The position numbers were made by a program, and so were the translations under genes. From Macrostomum lignano (lineage: Eukaryota): a stretch of DNA of 44,172 nt. Positions 1 to 9,870 of the stretch are shown here, piece by piece (position 1 is the stretch's first letter; the number at the start of each line of letters is the position of its first letter). A model generated the notes under the pieces. That model was given only the letters and a program-made list of their open reading frames with translations, was not told the DNA's origin and ran no database searches. The stretch covers positions 1 to 44,172 of the forward strand of contig NIVC01004494.1 in assembly GCA_002269645.1 (NCBI GenBank), given 5' to 3'.

Positions 1-115
1 GAGACTATCGAAGTTATTTCTGACCTAAGTTCATTAGTTGCGTTTTAACAACGGCACATAAAGCTTATCACTTTCAAACTTCTGCCTAGCTACTTTAAGC
101 CTGAGATCTTCCATG

Positions 116-2330
116 TGATGTAACCGCCCTTGTCGCCTGTCCGCTCCGTAGAGAGACGAACGCATGACTAGAGGGGGCAATGACCGTAGGCTGCCTATGA
201 CCGGGCAATGACCTGACGGACCTCCAGCACCAGATTGTCCCGCCCACATGATTAGTAGCTTTGGTAGCGCTTCGTGACCAGAGGGCCAAGGACCCACATG
301 GACCCACCTGTAGCCAAGGTGCAATAGTTGGTCACTCGGTCATAGTATGACCGAGTGGCTGCCACCACTCTATGTGACCTGGCGCACCTGGATCTTTCTA
401 CCAGACCTCTCGAGGCTAGAGCCCCGCCTGGATTGGTTACCAGGGGATTTAGGCTAACAGGGGAGACGCATGCAGCCGAGTACAGGACTCTGCTTGGGGC
501 ATGATCGGGAACTCTGGGCTCAATCCTGGAGGATTTCTCAGCAGGGATCCTTTGTGGCTGTGAGCGAGGCTGACTTGCGACTTTGATTATTACTAAGAGT
601 AGTATGAGGCGAACATGTACTGTCTACAGTTTAGATTGCTCAGGGGCCGAAGGACGCGTAAGCATGGGTTGCAACCTTCCTACTGCCATTCTGTGCCAAG
701 ACTCGCTAATCCCTCTACTGCACGCACAACGCGGCCCGCAGCACGCACTCACAGGCGGGCTGTGGCGCGGGAGAGGCCATTAGCTTACCCAAACTTCCTT
801 ATGCTTTGCCACCCCGGGAGAAAGGCTTAGCAAGCCATGAGTGAAATGATGGTGAAAGATTGAATAATGATGAAGTTAGTTAATAGTTAATAATTAGGCC
901 CTTAGGCAAATAAGCAGGCAATTAGGCAGCTTCACTATTGAGTAAAATACAGCAAAAGATACGGTATCACAATTGGCTCAGCTCTCTAATCAGACAATGG
1001 AAAATAGGCAAACCCCGGATAAGCAAAGGCAATTAGAGCACAAATTAGTAGCAGGAACTTACCGGCAGCTGCACAGAGAGAGAGAGAGACGGAGTGACCG
1101 AGGGCGGCTGTAGGCTGCAGTCAGGCGGACGGTGAAGCGGCGATGCGCTGGAGCGACGAGGCGCTGATGTAGATCAGGCGATGCTGATGATGCTGGCGGT
1201 ATCAGACCGCTGGCCGATAGGCGAGCTCACTTGGGGAGCTAAGGATAACTTGGCGGTAACAGACCGCGGGCCGGCAGGGATTCGTCTTATAGACGAATGG
1301 GTCAGAACTCAATCTGACAGCAAGTCCAAAGAAGGACGAGGAGAGGAACAGAGATAAACTCAGTTGAGTATTCTCATGCCGAAATCGCTTCCTTTTATAG
1401 ACCTCACAGCCGCCTCCTCAAGGTCGTTACCATGGCTCCCTCTCTCTGATTGGCTGCCGGCAGAATGACGTCAGAATGAGTCATGATGAGAAGCATGAGA
1501 CCGGCATAGCAACATGAGAAATCGGGAAATTGCGCAATCCGGAGGTGGGGTGGGGGGATAATTGGCGCAGCGGGTGGTCGCGAAAGTGTTGCGCAAGCAA
1601 ACATTGAGAACAATAGGGCTGGGGTCGAGAACAAAGGAATTGGAAATCGGGGATCATTGGGGAAAACTGAGAACAATGGAAAAGTAAACATTGGAGAAAA
1701 GGTGATAATTAGGTGCGAAAACGAGAACAAAAGAAAGAGAAAATCGGAGAAAATGTGATAATTGGTGGGGGTCGAGAGAACAAAAGAAGCAAAAACGAGA
1801 ACAATAGAAGCGGAGGTGGGGTGGGTGTCACATGAGAAATTTGGGAAGGAGAACAATAGCGTGAGAAAAGGTTGCGCAAGAGAGGGGGATGAGTCATCGA
1901 TGAGTCACGAGGGGGAGAAGGGGTCACACGACTTGCGTCACCGTTTGGGAGTTTGAGAGGGGATGGGGAGACGGTGAGCACACAAAGTACTGAAAGTAGA
2001 CACAGGGAAAGAGGGGACAGCGCAGGAAAAGAGTGCAGAGGGAGACAAAAAAAGGAGGAGGTAGAGAAAGTACAGGAAGAATAGGGCGGGAACAGAAGAG
2101 ATAGGGTAGAGGGGGAGGTACAGAAAGGGGTAGGGGCTCCGGAAAGGCAGGTGTGGCGGCAGGAGAGACGGGACCAAGGCAGCAAGAGATGTGCAGCAGA
2201 GCGGGAGTCTCCAGGCCCGGTCGGAGACCTGGCCGAGTCTCGACAGCTCTGTGCAGAGGGTGCACGGGATAGGAGGCACTTTCGAAAAAGTTCCCATGCC
2301 CTATCCCGCGACCAGAGCGTGGTTACATCA
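116..2330 (-). mobile_element. Solo-LTR-like insertion (2215 bp) in the Polinton coiled-coil gene
   Basis: TG...CA ends with a perfect 10-bp inverted repeat (TGATGTAACC 116-125 / GGTTACATCA 2321-2330) and a 4-bp TSD CATG (112-115, 2331-2334). Removing it restores the sequence seen uninterrupted in element 2 (~16054-16240). No coding capacity is recognised. Strand is inferred from promoter orientation. Confidence 0.8.
1393..1907 (-). promoter_or_regulatory. Pol II promoter/enhancer within the LTR-like insertion
   Basis: Minus-strand TATAAAA (1393-1399) and CCAAT (1449-1453); CRE TGACGTCA (1466-1473); AP-1 TGAGTCA (1477, 1890, 1901); C/EBP palindrome TTGCGCAA (1530, 1589, 1872). Confidence 0.6.
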
Positions 2331-2523
2331 CATGTTTATTTGCAACTGGTGCATGGAGCGCTCTAATTGTTTCAGTCTGTTTTTATTCAGTTTGATCTCT
2401 GGGATCTTTTCGTCGCTGTTGATATATCGCCTGTCAAGGATGGATATCTGAGCTGATGTAAGAGCGCTGTTGCCAGAAATGGATTCACCTGCAAAGTTTA
2501 TCGACATCTTTTAATAGCAAATT

Positions 2524-3324
2524 TTAAATTACAGTTCTTTTTTCTTTGCTGATAATCACAAACTGGTAAGGCTGATTCCACTTGTCATAGCAAAGATTAA
2601 CGAATTCCTCTTGTGAAATCTTTCTGCTTGAGTTTTTTGTTGGATTTATAAAATAGGCAGGCGCAATGACCTCATTGTAAAATCTTTTTAACCTGTCCTG
2701 TGGAATGGTTGGAAACAGGAGAATCAGATTGCAGTTCCCACGAATTGTTTTGTTCGGGAGCTCGAACCAGTTCTGTGCAATGTAAATTACATTACAATTG
2801 TTATGTCGCCCTCTTGTAAAATAGTTTTCTATCTGCTTCTGTGGGCCTGTCATACAATCATCAAAGACGATCAAATGCTTTCTCCCCTTTTCTAGCTCAT
2901 CTGGTTGGGGTAGAAGTTTGGTCTTTGGATCAGCCTGTGGATCTCCATAGGTGAACACTTTAATGTTCTGCCATTTTTCATTGTCTTTGAGGTGCTTTGC
3001 ATATTCGGCAGCTACAATTTCAGGGTTACTGGGAAGGCTCATTTGGTTATTAAAACATGCAATAATGTCCTCTTTGTTCAGCTTGTTTTGAAGCCCTGCA
3101 ATCAGCATTCTATACTCATCTTGATACAGTGTGGGAGAGTAGATGTGCAGAGTGTCATAGTCGATAAATCCAGGTCTAAGAAGCATGTTAAAGACTCTGA
3201 ATGTTTTACCTGAACCTGACGAACCAACAACAATGCATCTGAAGTGACTCGGGATTGACTCATGATGAGAAAACTTAATCTGATTACGCGTCCAGTGAGG
3301 ATTGAAGTCGTTTGAAAAGTCCAT
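2524..3324 (-). CDS. A32/FtsK-like genome-packaging ATPase (Polinton), copy 1, intact
   Basis: Walker A GSSGSGKT, Walker B LIVFDD, TRGRH arginine motif, YIAQ motif; 266 aa. Confidence 0.93.
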   Translation of the reverse strand: MDFSNDFNPHWTRNQIKFSHHESIPSHFRCIVVGSSGSGKTFRVFNMLLRPGFIDYDTLHIYSPTLYQDEYRMLIAGLQNKLNKEDIIACFNNQMSLPSNPEIVAAEYAKHLKDNEKWQNIKVFTYGDPQADPKTKLLPQPDELEKGRKHLIVFDDCMTGPQKQIENYFTRGRHNNCNVIYIAQNWFELPNKTIRGNCNLILLFPTIPQDRLKRFYNEVIAPAYFINPTKNSSRKISQEEFVNLCYDKWNQPYQFVIISKEKRTVI

Positions 3325-3363
3325 TTTTTCTATGATGAAAAAAAAAATTAAATAATAAATAAT

Positions 3364-3489
3364 TTAGATGTGTCATTTCGGGACTTAGATGTCTCATTTT
3401 GGGACTTAGATGTGTCATTTTGGTACTTAATTGTGTCATTTTGGGACTTAGATGTGTCATTTTGGGACTTAGATGTGTCATTTTGAGAC
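3364..3489. repeat. Tandem repeat, 6 x 21 bp (TTAGATGTGTCATTTTGGGAC), upstream of ATPase copy 1
   Basis: Six contiguous near-identical units with no spacers. Confidence 0.95.
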
Positions 3490-3532
3490 TAGTCTTGTAC
3501 CTTTACATTTCTTGTACCCTCGGAAAGTACCT

Positions 3533-3913
3533 TTAGTCAAATTTGAAACCACTTTCTTTTTTAATGCTTGCTCTCATCTTCTCATAGACTGCAGGGTCCA
3601 CACTGTCTGGGTTTGGGGCCAGCGGGGCCAGTGGAGGTTGAATCTCTTGTTTAGGTGTTACAGTATCCTTTATCTTTTTGGCTGCTGTGGCTACACTGCC
3701 AGCCGCTTCGGCAACGTTCTTGATGTTCTCTTTGTTATATCCAATGACCTTAAAAATCTTGGCCCCTTGAGCGATCAAATCAGCAAGACCGTTCCCAGAG
3801 CGTTCTTTTCTTGGATAGTGGCCTGCAGGGAAAAGTCCAGATCCGCGTTTAATAAGATTAAGTTCCTCTTTGTCATAGTATTTGTCCACGTCTTTCTCAA
3901 AAATAATCGGCAT
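3533..3913 (-). CDS. 126-aa putative virion core/membrane-active precursor (adenovirus pVI-like by analogy), copy 1
   Basis: ATG in AAAAAGATG context at 3913; same length as the element 2 copy. GSG/GNG motifs precede an amphipathic segment LADLIAQGAKIFKVIG; ends ...SG-FKFD. The function is inference. Confidence 0.6.
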   Translation of the reverse strand: MPIIFEKDVDKYYDKEELNLIKRGSGLFPAGHYPRKERSGNGLADLIAQGAKIFKVIGYNKENIKNVAEAAGSVATAAKKIKDTVTPKQEIQPPLAPLAPNPDSVDPAVYEKMRASIKKESGFKFD

Positions 3914-3929
3914 CTTTTTAAATAGAAAT

Positions 3930-5140
3930 TTATTTTTTGTTAAACCGTGAAAGCAAAAGTTCTCTTGCTCTTTTATCGATATATTTTCTCTCAAGCATTT
4001 TGTCCAGGATGTTGACAAATTCTTTTCTATTCTCGTCTTTCATTCCGGTCTTTGCCGCTCCTAGAAGAACAGCTAACCGCTTGTAGAATTCAGGCATGCC
4101 TTTTCCGGAAGAGCTTGGAGGTGATTCGAATGATTGGTCAGAGGAGGAACTGTCATGTGGCGCTTGTCTTTGTTGAGGTGTGAATACTCTGTCATTGATT
4201 CGCTTCATTCGTTCTGGGGAGAGCCGCTCTAATTGTCGCCAAGTATCAGGGTTTGTATCTTTGTACTGGGAAATCTCATTTGGCCCTGCTTTTTCAAGCG
4301 CTTCTAGTACTTGTTCGGGTGTGATTTGTTGCTGTGGCGGTGGAGGTTGTTGTGGTTGTGGTTGTGTTTGTGGTTGCTGTTGTGGTTGTTGTAGTTGTTG
4401 TTTTGGTTGCTGCTGTTGTGGTTGCTGCTGTTGTGGCTGTGGTTGTTGTGGTTGTTGTCTTATGACCTCTTCTTGATCCGGCAAACCAAACCATTGTTTA
4501 AAGTATTTGTATTTTCTAAACCTGTTCAAGTCAATCCTGTTTTCATGTAAAACTTTCAAAACACCGTTGTTCTTGAGAATGTCTATGTCCCTCTCTAAAG
4601 CGAAGGTAACCAGATCTCTATAATTCTTTAATTGCTTCTCGATATTTTTTCCTGATTTTTAGTCATGTAGTCGAGTAAACTTTGAGTGAAGGGGATTCGT
4701 TTAGTTTCTGCGCCTTTATTAATTGAAATAGTTTCCTTCGTCACTTCAATGTTGTAATCCGCCGGTTCCCCGGTGATATTTTTTCGCCAGGCGCTAATTC
4801 CAAATATATATTTTCCATCATCCGTTACGGGGCCAAAAAAGTTATCCGTCACTTTCATCTGCACTGGTTGTCCTGGTTGCTGAGCCTGTGGTTGTCCCGG
4901 TGAAGATGGGATTTTACCCAATGTGTTTTGCAACTGGCTCTCTTGAATATCATCAATTGTTTCCTTCACAGTGTCGATGTTTTTCTTCGCTTCTGTGTAT
5001 CCAGGTTTGTGAAATTCGGTGGCTGCTTGGACGAATTCATTGTAAGATTGTTGTTCTTTGTTGATTAGTCCGGTAACTCGTTTCTCTGCTTGCGCCAGCT
5101 TTTCTAGTTCAGAGATATGATATGAACTTTTCCGCTTCAT
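3930..5140 (-). pseudogene. Gln/Pro-rich Polinton core protein (~403 aa), copy 1, 1-nt frameshift near 4640
   Basis: ORFs 4628-5140 and 3930-4559 join into the reading frame seen in copy 2. C-terminal GKG-MPEFYKRLAVLLGAAKTG...EFVNILDKMLE resembles a conserved Polinton structural ORF. Confidence 0.75.
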
Positions 5141-5170
5141 TTCTTATTTTATTTTATTTTTAGTTAAAAA

Positions 5171-6457
5171 ATGAACGACCCACTGACACCAGTTTTCTAC
5201 AAAATTAACAAGCCTATTTTGAGTGATGATAGCACAATCAAAGCGACACAAGTTAGAGTTCCGAGTCACGAGAACCAGAATGAAACTAATTTGGGTCCAG
5301 GTCAAACACTGACATTTACATACAATGGATGTTCGTCTCTGGTTAGTGTGCACAGTCTTAAGAGCGGCTTCCATATGACATTTCAATTCAAGACAAAAGG
5401 TGGTGCGGATGCGGCTCGTGCTAACGTTGACAAGCATGATGCGGATGTGGCTCTGATCAGTAACTTTTGGGCGTACATGTTCAAGGAGTTTAGTGTATCG
5501 AATGGGAGCACTGAGTTGGAGCGAATCGCCAACTTTGGAATTGTCTATGACGCTCATTGTTTGATCGAGAATCCTGATTTTATTCAGTTGGGAAGTGGTG
5601 CGGGTTTTATCGCAGATGAAAAAGAAGGAGATATCAATGACAGTGGCTATAAAAAGAGGAAGAAGAGATACAACTATGCATTGCAAGGTGCTGATGATGC
5701 TGCTAAAAACCCGCTGTATCGGTCTGTTGATGTATTTGTACCACTGAGATTCATGAGTGGATTCTGTAATACATTTAATCGACTGACTAGTAACTTTAGC
5801 TACACCTTTAGGATGACTAGAGATGATCGCAGTAGAGTGTTGTGGACTGGGGCGGACCACACAAGGATGGAGGTGAAGCTAACCGGAATCGAGCTGTATT
5901 TGGAAGTCATTGAGCCAAAGACTGCACTAAAAGCGGATTATCTTAAGGCAATAGAGAAGGACATTGATGTTGCATACACAGCCTACATGTGTCGAGATGA
6001 GCGAAACGAAACTAGAACAAATATCTGCATTAAAGAGGGATCATGCAGCAATCCAAGGTATATCATTATTAATATGAGAAACCCAAATAGCATCATACGC
6101 TACATGCATGGAGACGTGCGGTCCATTCAGCATGAAATCAGTGATAATCTTTACCCTGCACTGCCACAAAATGGAGATTTCAGTCAAAACAAGATTAGCA
6201 AATTTTACAGCGAGTTGGTCGACTTGGCTGTGAAAGAGAACAATGGAATTGCTATCACTGCTCTCCAATATGGAACTCTATATCCGATGTTTGGCGCTGA
6301 TGTGTCTGCCAGACAAATGCCTACTGATAACAGCCCTGTGAATATCGTGACTAACATTGAAAGGACTACCGCAACACCCGTGGACCTGTACATTATCTAT
6401 GCATTTGAGAGGAAGGTGAAGCTTAACATGATCAACAATTCATCCAGTAAAGTTTAA
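5171..6457 (+). CDS. Major capsid protein (double jelly-roll, Polinton PY-type), copy 1, intact
   Basis: 428 aa, directly upstream of the penton. C-terminal PRYIII...YPALPQNGDFSQN..S..YSEL pattern recalls Polinton MCPs. Confidence 0.85.
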   Translation: MNDPLTPVFYKINKPILSDDSTIKATQVRVPSHENQNETNLGPGQTLTFTYNGCSSLVSVHSLKSGFHMTFQFKTKGGADAARANVDKHDADVALISNFWAYMFKEFSVSNGSTELERIANFGIVYDAHCLIENPDFIQLGSGAGFIADEKEGDINDSGYKKRKKRYNYALQGADDAAKNPLYRSVDVFVPLRFMSGFCNTFNRLTSNFSYTFRMTRDDRSRVLWTGADHTRMEVKLTGIELYLEVIEPKTALKADYLKAIEKDIDVAYTAYMCRDERNETRTNICIKEGSCSNPRYIIINMRNPNSIIRYMHGDVRSIQHEISDNLYPALPQNGDFSQNKISKFYSELVDLAVKENNGIAITALQYGTLYPMFGADVSARQMPTDNSPVNIVTNIERTTATPVDLYIIYAFERKVKLNMINNSSSKV

Positions 6458-6479
6458 ATATTTTTTTGTGGGTGAAAAA

Positions 6480-7343
6480 ATGGAAGCCATAGCCGAAAGA
6501 CTAAACAACATTGTTTCACACTCTAAGGAGAGCATTCCTATTACAATAACCGGGCGAATTAATGACTCAAACGGGATGTTTGTTGAAAAATTAGAGCAGG
6601 CGATTCGCCTGGATCCAGGCGCTAATTACCATGTCTATCTTAACGACTTCACCGGTTGGTCAAACGTTCCTAATGTGATGGCAGCAAATAATAAGTTTTA
6701 TTACAAATGGAAAGGTGCAGCAGCAGACCCTGTGGTATTCCATGTGAGCACGCAAAGTGTGGATACCTACAATAACTTTCTAGAAAATGTCTTTACTAAG
6801 AGAGGCCATTTTGAGACACCTGATGCGAGTAAGCCAGAGAAGAAACTGTTCCCTGTCAAACTAACCTATGATCTCACTGTAATGAGAGTGGTCATGCAAG
6901 TTCACAAAAATGCGGAGGTTGAGTTTAAAGATGACACTTGGTATAGGGAACTAGGATTCGAGAAGAAAGTTTATAAGGCAGAATCCGCGGCGCAGACCGC
7001 CACTCAAGCATCGAGGACCGTTAAAATGGCCCGGGAAAATGTAAGCGGTTTGTTCTTAGCACCCAATATTGCAGACATTGTAAAGGGTTTGAATATTCTA
7101 ATCAGAAGCAATCTCAGTCTTGATTGGGTATTTAAGGGAAAGCGAACGAATATTTTGTACAACATCTCCAACTCTGTTGCTGGAGGACAGATGGTGGTAG
7201 AGAAACCAAATCCAGTGAAAAGAGTTGTATTGAGTAATAAAGAGATTCACGAGATTGTGCTACAGTTTGAGACTGAAGATGGGATGGGCGTTGATTTTAA
7301 TGGGGAAGAGTTTGTATTGACGTTGATCATTGAAAGAATGTAA
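6480..7343 (+). CDS. Minor capsid (penton) protein, copy 1, intact
   Basis: ATG at 6480 (AAAAAATG). Motifs WSNVPNV..ANNKFYY and NILYNI...G..VVEKPNP...I.EI.L.FETEDG..VDFNGE fit Polinton single jelly-roll pentons. Confidence 0.85.
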   Translation: MEAIAERLNNIVSHSKESIPITITGRINDSNGMFVEKLEQAIRLDPGANYHVYLNDFTGWSNVPNVMAANNKFYYKWKGAAADPVVFHVSTQSVDTYNNFLENVFTKRGHFETPDASKPEKKLFPVKLTYDLTVMRVVMQVHKNAEVEFKDDTWYRELGFEKKVYKAESAAQTATQASRTVKMARENVSGLFLAPNIADIVKGLNILIRSNLSLDWVFKGKRTNILYNISNSVAGGQMVVEKPNPVKRVVLSNKEIHEIVLQFETEDGMGVDFNGEEFVLTLIIERM

Positions 7344-7347
7344 GAAA

Positions 7348-7587
7348 TCACAATTGTCTAATGATTTCTACAAAGTTATAGTAGCTGTCGTAATCTTTTA
7401 CATAGGTTACTCCATACTTATGAAACCAGTGTCTTTGGAGAGCTAGATTAATATTAGGGACATTGATATCAACGTCGGGCCAATATTTTCTCATGTACTC
7501 GCTGCATTCTAGTTTGCATCGGTACTTACTCTTGTAATTAGGCTCGTGCGCTTTGTAATAAGAACCTGGAGAGACAACTGGAAACAT
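7348..7587 (-). CDS. 79-aa Tyr-rich hypothetical protein, copy 1
   Basis: ORF is open and conserved in both elements, with AAAAATG start context; no family recognised. Confidence 0.7.
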   Translation of the reverse strand: MFPVVSPGSYYKAHEPNYKSKYRCKLECSEYMRKYWPDVDINVPNINLALQRHWFHKYGVTYVKDYDSYYNFVEIIRQL

Positions 7588-7599
7588 TTTTAGAGAAAA

Positions 7600-7964
7600 T
7601 TTAATTTTTTTTCAAAGGGTAAGGACCCTGGGTTAGGGGATTTAAAGTTTTAGGGATCTGGTTTCGCCGCTTTGGATTGAATGTGGGCCCCATGGGGAGA
7701 AGAATGCAGATTATTTTCTGATTGTTTCGAAGATGCTATGGGTGGATGTCGGTGTCAGTGAGCATAACAGGTATCAGTTGACACCTGCTCTGATTCTGTC
7801 AGGGATAATATGGATGGATTTAATAGGATTATGGAGGATGTTTTGTGAGCAAGTGCGGCCCCTCCCCTTTTTCATGATTCTGTCAGGGATAATATGGATG
7901 GATTTAGGTGGATTATGGAGGACGTGAAAAATTTTGTCCCAGAAGCCCCCTCATGTCTTCTACT
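7600..7964. repeat. Right terminal region (TIR-like) of element 1 with 2 x 84-bp subterminal repeats
   Basis: Repeat units start at 7791 and 7875. Homologous to 21382-21842; ends CTACT. Confidence 0.75.
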
Positions 7965-8298
7965 GGCAGGTGTAATCAATTATTATTACTATTTACTTAC
8001 GATAGGCATTCTGTCTTCTGCTGCATGCTATGTTGTTGCCACGTTGCTTACCACATGAAAAACTATAATAAACTAATAAACTATATAGCGACTATAATCT
8101 GTCGCTTCAGTCCTTCAGTTGTTTATCAATGTAAACTGTTCAGCAGTCTTTCTAATTCTTTATTTGGTGCGTGCACAAAGGAAAGCACGCGTGGAACTTG
8201 TACATACGCAAAAGCTGCGCTCCCTCAGCAAATAGCAGTTACGCCACCCCTTTTCAAAATGCAGCTGTTGCGCTTGGCTGCGAATAATCCTTCCCAAC

Positions 8299-8787
8299 TC
8301 AAACGCCCCTCTCTACCCCCAACTCTTTCAGCAGTCTTCCTAATACCTCGTTTGGAGCACACAAAATAAACCCCGCTCCCGAGCACTCCGCGCACCCGCC
8401 CTCTCTTCCCAAACACCCACCCTCAGCGCCCACCCCCAACCCCAGCTTTTTCTTACCAAAAATAACCGCCTTGACTAATTTCCTAGCAATCGACTCACGA
8501 AATCCGCTTGAAATCCCCATATTGTCGAGTCTCCTGAGCATTTCTTTGTCCCAGCGATTCTTCTCCTCAGGAAAATCTCTATATTTAACGTCGTGCCACA
8601 TGCAGACAGAGTCTAGCTCGTTCACAGGCTCATGCCCAGGATTTGGGTTGTCGTTACCATCCAGCTGTATTTCAAGTGGATTCAAAGGCCCGCAATATTT
8701 GTACCCGGGAACTGTCCAGCCTTTGTTTGGATGAGGAAGCTTTTCTATCAGTCCATGTGAATCTATTTTACCACCAGAGCGTTGCAT
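8299..8787 (-). CDS. Parvovirus VP1u-type phospholipase A2 domain protein
   Basis: Ca-binding loop PGYKYCGPLN and catalytic D..CMWHDVKY are intact; K..LGLG motif near the C-terminus. Confidence 0.88.
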   Translation of the reverse strand: MQRSGGKIDSHGLIEKLPHPNKGWTVPGYKYCGPLNPLEIQLDGNDNPNPGHEPVNELDSVCMWHDVKYRDFPEEKNRWDKEMLRRLDNMGISSGFRESIARKLVKAVIFGKKKLGLGVGAEGGCLGREGGCAECSGAGFILCAPNEVLGRLLKELGVERGV

Positions 8788-8817
8788 TATTTTATTTAAA
8801 ATTTTATTTTTAAATAA

Positions 8818-9870
8818 ATGACAGATCAGAAACTAAAAAAACTCTACTACAGCGACAAAGGATTCTTTGTAGGCAAAAATGCCGTTAGTAAACTCATGGA
8901 GCTGAGTAAGGAACCAAAAGCTACAGTAGAAAAATGGCTCTCTAAGCAGGCTGTCTTTCAAGTCTATTTCCCACCAGTAAAATTTGAAAGGCCCCATTTC
9001 AGTATTTATAAACCTAATGAGGCGCACCAAGCAGATCTTCTGTTTCTCCCCAATGACTCAGGCTACAAGTATGCTCTTACAATTATTGACATTGCTTCCA
9101 GATATAAGGAAGCTCGCCCACTCAAGACGAAGAAGTCAGAGGTTGTTGCCAGCGCACTCCAAGATATTTATAAAAACTCACCCCTTAGTTACCCTGAAAT
9201 CTTTATGACCGACCCGGGTAAGGAATTCATGGGTGCAGTCAAATCCCTTATGGAAAAAAATACAAAAATTCGCTATGGCAGAACAAACTTGCACAGAGAC
9301 CAGGCTTTTGTGGATAGATTCAATTTAGCTCTAGCCAAGAGACTATTCACTAAGCAGACAGCTGAAGAACTCAAACTGAGTGCGGGGCAGTACTATAACA
9401 AGTGGACAGAAAGACTCCCCGCTGTTATAGAGCAACTGAACAATGAAGTCACACGCTTGACTGGATTGAAACCATCCCATGCAATTAAACAAGACACTGT
9501 CGAACTTAAGCCATCTCATAGAACAGACAACAACACTACAACCCCACACAACACACACAACACAAAACACACCTCGAACTACCCTAAGCTTCCAGGAGTT
9601 GAATCACCATACATACTGACAAACTCTGAGTTTCTACGCTTTTTATATCTACCTGGAGAGCTACAGAAGGACACTAAAAGAAGAGCTACAGATCCATACT
9701 TCAGCCTTGATGTACATAAAAAAGACCTCCGACTCCGGTGACTATTACTTTTTATCCAGGCCTTTAACCCTAAATCCCCCACGCGGTCATTCACTAGAGC
9801 TGAACTCCTAGTGATACCAGCTGACACAGAAATTAATTCAAATATTAAAATATTAAATGACAAAGATTGA
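8818..9870 (+). CDS. Retroviral-type (RVE) integrase; C-terminal tail disrupted near 9720-9765
   Basis: HQADLLFL (D), FMTDPGKEF (D) and QAFVDRFN, where the third acidic residue is D rather than E. The tail RSFTRAELLVIPADT lies past TGA 9739-9741 in the same frame and ends at 9870. Confidence 0.88.

Larger units (their letters stand above)
1..2507 (-). pseudogene. Polinton coiled-coil protein, copy 1 (MSINFAGES...), split by the LTR insertion
   Basis: ATG at 2507. Positions 2335-2507 and 1-115 align with 16054-16331 of element 2. An extra T near 43-46 adds a frameshift. Confidence 0.8.
1..7964. mobile_element. Polinton/Maverick (adintovirus-like) element 1, right-hand part; extends beyond the left window edge
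   Basis: Carries A32-like ATPase, MCP and penton in the same order as element 2. Homology to element 2 stops exactly at ...CTTCTACT (7964), matching the 5'-AG...CT-3' (AGTAG) termini typical of Polintons. Confidence 0.9.

Noticed and set aside
1404-2366. Several hydrophobic Leu/Phe/Ser-rich ORFs inside the LTR-like insertion
   Set aside because: Products of purine/pyrimidine strand bias in low-complexity U3-like DNA; no domain motifs.
3364-3489. 21-bp repeats as a CRISPR array, and the MTHLSPK ORF (3284-3481)
   Set aside because: Units are contiguous with no unique spacers, the context is eukaryotic, and the ORF is just the translated repeat.
4180-4476. Cys/Gly-rich metallothionein-like ORFs (also 17994-18290) and poly-Thr ORFs
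   Set aside because: Antisense or alternate-frame readings of the CAA/CAG/CCA Gln-Pro tract.
7733-8369. ORFs 7733-7927, 7908-8369 and 21478-21897
   Set aside because: They overlap terminal repeats or junction DNA, have non-ATG or weak starts, and are not conserved in frame between the two elements.
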